From sequence record PV231354.1: 64,000 nucleotides of DNA; one strand, given 5' to 3'. This document shows positions 41,529-49,873 of the stretch, piece by piece (positions within the stretch are counted from its first letter, which is position 1; the number at the start of each line of letters is the position of its first letter). The notes beneath the pieces are model-generated. The model was not told the origin of the DNA, did not search any database, and saw only the letters and a program-made list of their open reading frames with translations. Both the position numbers and the translations under genes were made by a program.

Positions 41529-44246
41529 GTGGCTCGATCCACTCGTTCCGTCGCGTTGGCGCGCGTCGTCACGCCCGCGCAACTGAAGCGCGACATCCGT
41601 ATTCGCCGTGCTGACGAACTGGCTGGGCCGAGCGGCCCCAATGGCATGGTCCTGATCGGGATCACCAACGACCGCGTCATGGAGAACAGCGCGCCCGGCA
41701 CGCCCGTGGGCGACATCTTCACGATCCCGGCCGGCGCCGACATCGAACTGGTCACCACCGGCGGCAATCGCTTCGACCTCGTCGGCTCGACCCTGGTCGT
41801 GGGCTCCACGCCCCTGGACCACGAGGCCACGCCCGTCGTCAACGTCCTGGTCCATGCCGAGTACGCGGGATCGACGCTGGAGACCACGCTGCCGATCACG
41901 ATCCTCAACGAGACCGAGGTGATCGGCGTCACCCTCTCGGCCAACACCGTGCTGGAGAACACGGCCGCCGGCGTGACGATCGGGACCCTGACGCCCAATC
42001 CGGCGGACGCCACGCTTCAGGTCGTCGGTCCCTATGCCGGCTACTTCACGGTCGCGGCCGGCAACATCCTGAAGACCGGGGCGACGCCGACCGATTACGA
42101 GACCGCGCCCAACCTGACCGACCACTCCTACCCGGTGACGATCGCCGCCACCCGCCAGGGTGAGACGGCCAATTTCACCATCCCGGTCTTCGTGTTGAAC
42201 CAAGTCGAGATCACCAACATCACGCTCTCGGCCAACCACATTGCCGAAGGCTCGGGCAGCGGGACGGTGGTGGGCGGCCTGACCTCCACGCCGTCGGGCG
42301 CGACCTTCTCGCTGGTCGACAACGCCGGCTCGCGCTTCGCCCTGGCCGGCAACAACGTCGTCGCCGGTAGCGTCGCCACCAACTACGACACCGCCACCCA
42401 GCACGACATCACCGTGCGCGGCACGATCGGCAACGAGAGCCTCAACAAGACCTTCACGATCCTGGTCGACAACGTCAACTCGATCAGCGACATCACCCTG
42501 ACGGGCGCGTCGGTCAACGAGAACACCGCCGCTGGCGTCACCGTCGGGACCTTCGCCACCGTGCCGCCCGGCCTGCCGCTGACCCTGACCAACACCGCCG
42601 GCAACTGTTTCACCCTGGTGGGCAACACCCTCCAGACGGGCGCGGTGGCGACCAACTACGAGGTCGCCCAGACCCTTCAGGTCACCGCCCAGGCGACGTT
42701 CGGCAGCGACACCCTATCGAAGAACTTCACGATCACCGTGGTCGACATCGACGAGATCAGCGACATCGCGCTCTCGGGCAACTCGGTGACCGAGAACACG
42801 GCCGCTGGCGTCACCGTCGGCGCCCTGACCTCCACGCCCACGGGCGCGACGTTCTCGATCGTCTCCCAGACGCCGGCCGGGGCCTACTTCACCATCAACG
42901 GCGCCAACCTCCAGACGGGGGCGACCCCGACCAACTACGAGGCCAACACCAGCCACTCGGTCACGATCCGGGGCACCCGGCAAAGCGAGACCTTCGACAA
43001 GACCTTCACGATCAACGTGGCGGACGTCGACGAGATCAACAACATCACCCTGACGGGCTCGTCCTTGAACGAGAACTCGCCCCAGGGCACGACGGTGGGC
43101 ACGCTGTCGGCCGCGCCGATCGACTCCGGCGTGACCTACTCGATCGTCTCCCAGACGCCGTCGGGCAACTACCTCCAGATCACCAGCAACATCCTTCAGG
43201 CCGGCTCGACCTCGACCAACTACGAGGCCAACACCAGCCACTCGGTCACGATCCGGGGGACGCGCTTGAGCGAGACCTTCGACAAGACGTTCACGGTCAA
43301 CATCAACGATCTGGTCGAGATCAGCGACATCACGCTGTCGCCGGCGTCGGTGGACGAGAACACCGGCCCTGGCGTCGGTGTTGGCACCCTCTCGTCGACT
43401 CCTGCGGGGGCGTCCTTCGTGCTGACCAACAGCGCGGGAAGTCGTTTCGCGTTGTCGGGTAGCACGATCCTGACCGGCTCAGTGGCCACGGACTACGAGA
43501 GCTTCCAGAGCCACGACATTGTCGTGACGGGTACGCGGCTGGGTCAAAGCTTGGCGAAAACCATCACGATCACCGTCAACGACGTGAACGAAGCCCCGCC
43601 CGCGCCTGACCTGGACAGCTTCAGCCTCTCGGGCAACTCGCTCCAAGAGAACTCGGCAGCGGGCACCCCGATCGGGACCTTCTCGTCCTCGCCCTCGGGC
43701 GCCACTTATGTCCTGACCGACAGCGCGGGCGGCCGGGTTTCGCTCTCGGGCGCCAACCTCTCGGCGGGCTCGACCAACACCGACTACGAGACCACGCCCT
43801 CGTTCTCGATCGGCGTCACCGCGACGCGCGGCGCGACCTCGATCCCGCAGAACTTCACGATCAACGTCGGCGACGTCTCGGAAGGTGGTGGCGGTGGCGG
43901 CGGGAGCCAGACGCTGACGCCCGGCGGCGGTGGCAACCGCTCGGCAATCGCGACTGGCCCCGGCGAGCAGGCTGTCACGGGTACGATCCAAATCACGATC
44001 AACGGCGGAACTGCTCCCTATAGCTTCTCCTGGGAACTGGTCAGCGGCGATTCGCAGGTTTATGTGGCCCAAGCCGACTCGGGCACCACGGGAAGGTCTG
44101 GGGACCTGGGCTATTGGTACTTGGCCCAGAATGACCGCCCCGCCAACCGGACGGCGGTTTATCGCTGCAAGGTCACGGATGCGGTCGGGAACTACGGCTA
44201 CTCCTCGAACTGCACGATCAACTGCCAGCAGACGAACCCCGCCTAA
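41529..44246 (+). CDS. Cadherin-like repeat protein (8 repeats plus a C-terminal Ig-like domain)
   Basis: Repeats I.LS..SV.EN...GT.VG.L...NYE......V......F.I.V.D..E; probable start GTG at 41529 after CAGGAG; own promoter and terminator. Confidence 0.8.
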   Translation: MARSTRSVALARVVTPAQLKRDIRIRRADELAGPSGPNGMVLIGITNDRVMENSAPGTPVGDIFTIPAGADIELVTTGGNRFDLVGSTLVVGSTPLDHEATPVVNVLVHAEYAGSTLETTLPITILNETEVIGVTLSANTVLENTAAGVTIGTLTPNPADATLQVVGPYAGYFTVAAGNILKTGATPTDYETAPNLTDHSYPVTIAATRQGETANFTIPVFVLNQVEITNITLSANHIAEGSGSGTVVGGLTSTPSGATFSLVDNAGSRFALAGNNVVAGSVATNYDTATQHDITVRGTIGNESLNKTFTILVDNVNSISDITLTGASVNENTAAGVTVGTFATVPPGLPLTLTNTAGNCFTLVGNTLQTGAVATNYEVAQTLQVTAQATFGSDTLSKNFTITVVDIDEISDIALSGNSVTENTAAGVTVGALTSTPTGATFSIVSQTPAGAYFTINGANLQTGATPTNYEANTSHSVTIRGTRQSETFDKTFTINVADVDEINNITLTGSSLNENSPQGTTVGTLSAAPIDSGVTYSIVSQTPSGNYLQITSNILQAGSTSTNYEANTSHSVTIRGTRLSETFDKTFTVNINDLVEISDITLSPASVDENTGPGVGVGTLSSTPAGASFVLTNSAGSRFALSGSTILTGSVATDYESFQSHDIVVTGTRLGQSLAKTITITVNDVNEAPPAPDLDSFSLSGNSLQENSAAGTPIGTFSSSPSGATYVLTDSAGGRVSLSGANLSAGSTNTDYETTPSFSIGVTATRGATSIPQNFTINVGDVSEGGGGGGGSQTLTPGGGGNRSAIATGPGEQAVTGTIQITINGGTAPYSFSWELVSGDSQVYVAQADSGTTGRSGDLGYWYLAQNDRPANRTAVYRCKVTDAVGNYGYSSNCTINCQQTNPA

Positions 44247-44248
44247 AC

Positions 44249-44283
44249 CAACCGCCCAGGCTCAGCCTGGGCGGTTTTCTTTT
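44249..44283. terminator. Bidirectional intrinsic terminator
   Basis: AACCGCCCAGG-CTCAG-CCTGGGCGGTT plus a T tract, between convergent genes. Confidence 0.8.
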
Positions 44284-44287
44284 GGGC

Positions 44288-44701
44288 CTAGACCTCCAGG
44301 AAGAACGCTTCGACGCCCTGGGTCTTGCCGAGAACAAGCCAATCATCCCCCAGGAACTGGAGGGAAATGGCGATGCGCCGGATGGGGAAAGACGGCGGCG
44401 CTTTCTTGATCACCTGGAAGCCTGAGGTGACGCTGTCGCCCTCGAAGAACTGCGCGACATTGGGATCGATGACCGAAAGGCCGGCGAGCTTGAATTTCTG
44501 GCCGACAGGCGCGGCATTGCCGAATGTGAACCGGACCAGGACGATGTCGCCGATTTCATTGGCAGGCCCAAGCAGCGTGGGGTAATACCCCGCCGCATCG
44601 CCCGAGACGACGTCGATGATCGTCTCCCCGTTCGGGTTGAGCAAGGTCCCCGAGTATTCCTGCACATTGGCTTCGGTCAATAGGACGGTGCGACGTGTCA
44701 T
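44288..44701 (-). CDS. Hypothetical protein
   Basis: 137-aa ORF with GGAG RBS; somewhat lower GC. Confidence 0.6.
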   Translation of the reverse strand: MTRRTVLLTEANVQEYSGTLLNPNGETIIDVVSGDAAGYYPTLLGPANEIGDIVLVRFTFGNAAPVGQKFKLAGLSVIDPNVAQFFEGDSVTSGFQVIKKAPPSFPIRRIAISLQFLGDDWLVLGKTQGVEAFFLEV

Positions 44702-44854
44702 GCGGTACTCCTAGCCGGCCCAGCGCCGGCAGAGCTTCCTAGCCGAACTCAACGTCAGGTTCCAGACACTATTTCATGACGGCGCTTGACCACCGCGACC
44801 GATCTGCTACCTTCACCGTGGTAGCGACGCGTCCTTCCTGACAGCAGTCAAACC

Positions 44855-44886
44855 AAAGCCGCCGGAGCCTAGCTTCGGCGGCTTTC
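44855..44886 (-). terminator. Intrinsic terminator
   Basis: AAAGCCGCCGGAGC-CTA-GCTTCGGCGGCTTT immediately after a stop codon. Confidence 0.7.
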
Positions 44887-45237
44887 CTATTCCACGACCC
44901 GCAGCTTGCGCGCGGCCTGGGAGCGCTCCATCGCCGCGTAGCGCGACACGTCCTGGAGGTGGGCCTTGGCGATGAGATCGGGCGCGCCCACGGCCCGGAA
45001 CGGTACGGCGGGGGAGAGTTCGACGTAGCGCCGCAGCAGCGGCTCGAACTCCAGGTCCCGCGCCTTGGCCAGCCGGGAGAGGGCGCCGGCGACGATCGCC
45101 ACCACAAGGACGGTGGCGGGGGTCTCCTTGGTCAGGTTCCAGACGCCCGGCAAGGTCTGGCCTGGATGGAGCGGCTGGCGCGCGACATCGTCGGCGGCAG
45201 CGCGAAAGATGTTCTCGTAGGGGACGCCATCAATCAT
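44887..45237 (-). CDS. Hypothetical protein
   Basis: ORF starting MIDGVPYE. Confidence 0.55.
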   Translation of the reverse strand: MIDGVPYENIFRAAADDVARQPLHPGQTLPGVWNLTKETPATVLVVAIVAGALSRLAKARDLEFEPLLRRYVELSPAVPFRAVGAPDLIAKAHLQDVSRYAAMERSQAARKLRVVE

Positions 45238-45319
45238 GGGTTGGGACACTTACTCAAACCGAGCAGGCTGTCTACCATCTACCCTTGCTAGTAGAAATGT
45301 CGGTTTTACAACACAGACG

Positions 45320-45715
45320 CTAAATCCGCCCACCGTAGTAATCGCGCCACATCCCTTCCCAGTAGGCCTCATGCTCCTCGGTGCAGTGCGGACAGTAGCG
45401 GCGATCGCGGTTTGGGTCCTCGCCCTTGCCGTCCCAGTGGTAGCAGGTCATCGAGCCGACCATGGCCAGCCGCCAGAACGTGCCGCAATGCTCGCACCCG
45501 CCCAGGGCGATGTTCTGCATCAGCCGGTGGCCGTTCCACCATGCCTGGGGCCGGCGCCAGAGTTCATAGACCAGCGCCGAGCGGATGCTGGGGTACTGGT
45601 GGAGCCCGACCTGGACGACCTTGCGCCGGCCCTGGGGCTCGACCTTGCCTCCGGCCCAGCGGTAGGTCGGCTCGTGGTAGACCTTGATCTTCGGGAGCCA
45701 GCGGCGCTTCTTCAC
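45320..45715 (-). CDS. Hypothetical protein with CxxC motifs
   Basis: GTGA overlap with the helicase stop; CEHC and CPHC pairs. Confidence 0.6.
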   Translation of the reverse strand: MKKRRWLPKIKVYHEPTYRWAGGKVEPQGRRKVVQVGLHQYPSIRSALVYELWRRPQAWWNGHRLMQNIALGGCEHCGTFWRLAMVGSMTCYHWDGKGEDPNRDRRYCPHCTEEHEAYWEGMWRDYYGGRI

Positions 45716-47658
45716 GTGTCCATGACCTTCGCGATGTTGTCCTCCTTCTCCTTGGCGGCCTGGGCGATGCGCGCGTCGAGCGAACCGTTGGCCACCAGGA
45801 AGAAGCACATGATTTTCTCGGCCGTCTGACCAATCCGGCAGGCGCGGTCCTCGGCCTGCTCGATCAGGGTCGGCGTCCAGTCCCCCTCGGCGAACGCCAC
45901 GTCGTGCGCCCGCGTCATGGTGAAGCCTACACCGGCGGCCTGGAGGTTGCAAACGATGACCCGGCAGGTCTCGTCCTCCTGGAACTTGTCGACCTGAAGC
46001 TGGCGCTTGTTGACGGGGGTCCCGCCGTAGATCATCGCCGGATTGTAGTCGGCCAGGGCCTCGGCGAGCGCCTTGACGACGTCGGAGTGGTAGGCGAACA
46101 GGATCAGCTTGTCGCCGCCGTCCAGGAAGTTCTTGACCCACGGGATGATCGCCGGGAGCTTGGCCATCCCCAGTTCGCGGCGGACGGCGGCGATCTCCTC
46201 GAACAGCACCGCCACGGCCGGCGGGGCAAGGCCCAGCACGGCGGCGGCGTAGTCGAGGTTGAGCGCCCGCGAGTTGGGCTTGTCGGGATCGCCGTCGACG
46301 CCCACGGCCTTGTCGAAACCGTAGGCCTGGGCCGTCTCCAGGGCCGCCAGCCCCAGCCGGATGTCGCGCTGATCCTCGGTCTCGTTGTCGCCGGCCAGGA
46401 CCGAGGACTCGTAGAGCTTCAGGGCCTGGGTAAGCTCGTCCTCGCGCGCCACCACCTCGCGGATTTCCGGGCTGTCGAGGAGCACGACTTGCCGGAACTT
46501 CGGGGGAAGCTCGGGCAGCACCTCGCGCTTGTTGCGCCGGACCATGAAGGTCGAGCGCAGGCGATAGCCTAGCTCCTCCAGGTTCGAGGCGCCGGTGAAG
46601 TTGTAGGCCCCGTTCTTGCCGCGCGTGTTGTCGAACCAGCCCTCGCAGTAGCGATAGCCGTAGTCGTTGTAGCTCTTGCCCAGGCCGTCGGGATCGAAGG
46701 CCTTGACGATCGACCACATCTCGATCGGGCGGTTCATCATCGGCGTGCCCGACAGGAAGACCCGCCGCTTGGCGTCGACCGGGTTGAACCAGATGTCGGC
46801 CAGCACCGGCTCGCGGTTCTCGGCCTCGGCCTTCTTGATCTCGGCGGCGTTGGCCTCCTTGCGCTTCTTGCGCACGGCCGCTTTGGAGCGGGCGTCCATC
46901 TGCTCGCCGCCCAGGATGAAGATCGTCCGACCACTGTCGGGGGTCTTGATCGCGTGGCACTCGTCGCAGACCAGCAGGTCCCAGGGAGCGTCGTGGATTT
47001 CCTTGGAGAAGCGCTCCAGGATGTCGTAGTTGATGATCACCACGTCGGTCTTGGGCCACCAGCGCGGGTGGACGACCTTCTTGAAGCGCGGCTTGCCGTT
47101 CTTGTAGAAGCCGTCGCGCACGGTCTCGCGGTAGCGGGTCTCGGCGATCCCCACCGTCAGGCCCTTGCTGCACCAGAGCTTCCACTCGCGGCGCCAGTTC
47201 TCCTTCAGCGACGCCGGCACCACCACCAGCACGCGGCGGATTTTCTTCATCGCGTTGGAGACGCCGACCGCCTGGATCGTCTTGCCCAGGCCGGGCGGAT
47301 CGGCGATGAGCGTGTCGCGCCGGCCCGGCAGGGTGGCGAAGTCGATCCCCGCGCGCTGGAATGGCTTGAAGTCCCAGCCCTTGGCCTCGACCGCCTTGGA
47401 GATCGGCGGCCAGAAATCGCAGTCGGCCTTGTAGGAAAGCTCGCGGCTGATGTTGGCCAGATGCTCGCGCCGCCCGAGTTCGTCGAGCGCGTTGGCCTTC
47501 CAGACCACGCCCGCCACCTTGAGGGCGACGGCGGGATTGTGGGTGATCAGCGCCTTGCGCGGCGGGCTCCAGCTAAAGCCGGCCTCCTGGAACCGCTTGC
47601 GGTCTTCCCATTCGGTGACGGCCCAGAAGTAGCCGTCTCGGTAGTCGATAAATGCCAT
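45712..47658 (-). CDS. SNF2-family (HARP-like) helicase
   Basis: ADPPGLGKT, VVVPASL..NW, CDECH, LSGTP, AGVGFTMT, EQAEDRACRIGQ. Confidence 0.92.
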   Translation of the reverse strand: MAFIDYRDGYFWAVTEWEDRKRFQEAGFSWSPPRKALITHNPAVALKVAGVVWKANALDELGRREHLANISRELSYKADCDFWPPISKAVEAKGWDFKPFQRAGIDFATLPGRRDTLIADPPGLGKTIQAVGVSNAMKKIRRVLVVVPASLKENWRREWKLWCSKGLTVGIAETRYRETVRDGFYKNGKPRFKKVVHPRWWPKTDVVIINYDILERFSKEIHDAPWDLLVCDECHAIKTPDSGRTIFILGGEQMDARSKAAVRKKRKEANAAEIKKAEAENREPVLADIWFNPVDAKRRVFLSGTPMMNRPIEMWSIVKAFDPDGLGKSYNDYGYRYCEGWFDNTRGKNGAYNFTGASNLEELGYRLRSTFMVRRNKREVLPELPPKFRQVVLLDSPEIREVVAREDELTQALKLYESSVLAGDNETEDQRDIRLGLAALETAQAYGFDKAVGVDGDPDKPNSRALNLDYAAAVLGLAPPAVAVLFEEIAAVRRELGMAKLPAIIPWVKNFLDGGDKLILFAYHSDVVKALAEALADYNPAMIYGGTPVNKRQLQVDKFQEDETCRVIVCNLQAAGVGFTMTRAHDVAFAEGDWTPTLIEQAEDRACRIGQTAEKIMCFFLVANGSLDARIAQAAKEKEDNIAKVMDT

Positions 47659-47669
47659 GGGTCCGCACG

Positions 47670-47745
47670 TGGTTAACGCGCGGCAATGTCGCCCATGACG
47701 ACGTCACATGTCAAGATTCATGACTTGACCCAAGGCGTTAACCAT
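47670..47745. promoter_or_regulatory. Divergent promoter region with TCATGAATCTTGAC (minus) and two TTAACC half-sites
   Basis: Motif at 47710-47723; TGGTTAAC 47670-47677; TTAACCAT 47738-47745. Confidence 0.55.
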
Positions 47746-47796
47746 GGCACGGTCGGGGCACGGCTGAGAGATCAGCCGGTCACAAGGAGAACTACC

Positions 47797-48096
47797 ATGA
47801 CCCTGATCGTCAAGATCATGTCGGACGAGAACCTGCCCGACACCGACCCCTCCAAGCGCTTCTCGCTTTATGCCGGGGTGAAGTCCTTCCATCCGATCGT
47901 CCAGGAGCCCGAGGTGGCGGGTGGCAAGCCCTACTGCTACCTGCGGCTCTACATCGCCGATCCCGTCAAGACCGCGACCGTGCCCGGCTTCGTCGAGCAT
48001 GAGACCCACGTCGACGTCGGCGGCAACGTCTACGTGATGAACGAGGCCGGCAAGACCATCGCCACCTGGACCCCGCCCTGCGGCGCGCCCAACTAG
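47797..48096 (+). CDS. Hypothetical protein
   Basis: AAGGAG RBS then MTLIVKIMS. Confidence 0.65.
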   Translation: MTLIVKIMSDENLPDTDPSKRFSLYAGVKSFHPIVQEPEVAGGKPYCYLRLYIADPVKTATVPGFVEHETHVDVGGNVYVMNEAGKTIATWTPPCGAPN

Positions 48097-48332
48097 GTCT
48101 TCTGCGCTTCCAGACCCGGATCGCCTTCCCAGGCGGCCGGGTCTTTCTGCCAGCCCATCCGCTCCATGACCGCGTGGCAGTCGAGCGGCGCGCTGCCGTC
48201 CTTGGGCTCCTCGCCCAGGCAGAGGAACACGAACCGCTTGCCGGTGTTGGCCTTGTAGCGGATGCGCAGGTTGCCGTCCTCCGAGACGATCTCGCACGAC
48301 GTCATGTTCACGACTTCACCAGGGCGCATCAC
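48093..48332 (-). CDS. Hypothetical protein
   Basis: Coupled to the upstream gene by a GTGA/ATGA-type overlap; AAGGAGG RBS. Confidence 0.6.
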   Translation of the reverse strand: MMRPGEVVNMTSCEIVSEDGNLRIRYKANTGKRFVFLCLGEEPKDGSAPLDCHAVMERMGWQKDPAAWEGDPGLEAQKT

Positions 48333-48901
48333 GCCGCCTCCTTAATTTCCCGAGCGCGCTCGGTCCAGATCATCAGGTCGTAGTCGGCCGGGCTCATCCC
48401 GGCGGCGTCGGCAAGGCCCAGGAAGGCCTCTTCCAGGCGACGATAGACCTTCGGGTTGCCCGGCGTCACCTTGGGCGCTTCCACCCCGTTCTGGGCCAGA
48501 TGCGCGAGGATGTGGGTGTCCAGGGCCGACAGGCGCTGATCGGCGCGCGAGTGCAGCAGGAAGAACCGGGCCGTCTTGGGGCCGACCCCGTGGATGGCCT
48601 CGAACTTCTCGACCGGATCGTGGCGCAGGTCCAGCCCCCAGGCGCTCTGGGCAAAGCAGGCCTCCAGCCGGGCGTACTGCCCGATGCCGAACATCTCCAT
48701 ATAGGGCCGCAGCTTGTTCTCGAAGATCGCGCAGCGCAGCTTGTCGAACGGCGTGGTCCCGACCATGGCGTGGAGCATCTGGTCGAGCTTGCGGGCCTGG
48801 ATGTCGGCGGTCTTGCCCGCGACGATGCAGCAGAACAGCCACCACTCTTCCAGTTCCGCGTCGGTGCGGTCGAACTTGGTCACGTCACGCGGGTCGATCA
48901 T
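48329..48901 (-). CDS. HhH-GPD superfamily DNA glycosylase-like protein
   Basis: AIHGVGPKTARFFL (helix-hairpin-helix) followed by LDTHI; start MIDPRDV. Confidence 0.7.
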   Translation of the reverse strand: MIDPRDVTKFDRTDAELEEWWLFCCIVAGKTADIQARKLDQMLHAMVGTTPFDKLRCAIFENKLRPYMEMFGIGQYARLEACFAQSAWGLDLRHDPVEKFEAIHGVGPKTARFFLLHSRADQRLSALDTHILAHLAQNGVEAPKVTPGNPKVYRRLEEAFLGLADAAGMSPADYDLMIWTERAREIKEAA

Positions 48902-48905
48902 TGGC

Positions 48906-49361
48906 TCACTTCTTGTACTTCTTGGCGTGCTGGCGGCCCTTCCAGGAGGCCTTGTAGCCACCGAGCTTGGTGAAGCCCGAACAGCAGGGCGATCCACAGG
49001 AGCAGCGGTTGTAAGCGTCCTCGACCAGCCCGCGCTTGTAGAGGGTGTGCATGTGCGAGCCCTTGAACGGCTCGGGCGGGCGGCGCACCTGCTCGTCGGC
49101 GACCATCTCGATCAAGAGCCACTTGGGGCCGTCGATCTCGCACGCGCGGCAGGTGTGTTCGTCCTCGGCGGCGAACATCGCCTCGGTCTCGGCCTGCGAG
49201 CGCACCATGGCGGCGAACTCGTCGTCCGTGTACGCGCCAGTGATGTAGCGCTCGACGGTGACCGCCCTCTTCAGCGTCCGCCCGCAGGTCTTGCAGGCGC
49301 AGGTGTAGCCCACCGTGGCGCTGAAGAGGTCGACGTTGTCGGAGACAGCGTAGCCGGCCAT
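48906..49361 (-). CDS. Hypothetical Cys-rich protein
   Basis: CACKTC, CRAC, CSCGSPCC; start MAGYAVS. Confidence 0.55.
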   Translation of the reverse strand: MAGYAVSDNVDLFSATVGYTCACKTCGRTLKRAVTVERYITGAYTDDEFAAMVRSQAETEAMFAAEDEHTCRACEIDGPKWLLIEMVADEQVRRPPEPFKGSHMHTLYKRGLVEDAYNRCSCGSPCCSGFTKLGGYKASWKGRQHAKKYKK

Positions 49362-49363
49362 GA

Positions 49364-49813
49364 CTAGAGGTGCGGCGCCAGTTCGCGTTCCAGGCGGTCG
49401 AGTTCGCCGCGCTTGTGGAGTTCGGAGACGCGGTGCAGGGCGATGATCTTCTGCTCGATGTAGGTCATGGTCGCCGGCGCCCGCGTGGGCAGTTCCGACA
49501 GGCCCGTGCCGATCCCGTCGGACGGGTAGACCACGATGCCGCCCTTCTTGACGTGCTCGAACAGCGGGCGGAAATCTTCGTCGATCGTCCGGCACTGGGC
49601 GTCGGTGGCGATCGGATCATCACCGAAGAAGTCGGTGGCGTGCATGCCCGGCGTGCGCTTGGTCGCCACACCGATGGCGTTGGGCTCGCCGCGCATGTGG
49701 CCGGCCTGCCCGCCCATCCCCTGGCGGATCATGTTGTCGCCGAAGACGTAGAGGACGTCGGGATTGCGGCGCAGGTCCTCGCGGAAAATGCGGTGCTGGT
49801 AGATGACGGGCAT
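49364..49813 (-). CDS. Conserved phage protein (LYVFGDN motif), possibly macrodomain-like
   Basis: LYVFGDN...GGQA..MRGEPNAIGVAT...DGIGTG motif; fold assignment is inference. Confidence 0.6.
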   Translation of the reverse strand: MPVIYQHRIFREDLRRNPDVLYVFGDNMIRQGMGGQAGHMRGEPNAIGVATKRTPGMHATDFFGDDPIATDAQCRTIDEDFRPLFEHVKKGGIVVYPSDGIGTGLSELPTRAPATMTYIEQKIIALHRVSELHKRGELDRLERELAPHL

Positions 49814-49873
49814 GGGGCGATCCTTCTGAAGTGGGAGAGGGGCCGGCGAACCGGCCCCTCGGGGTGGGAGCGA

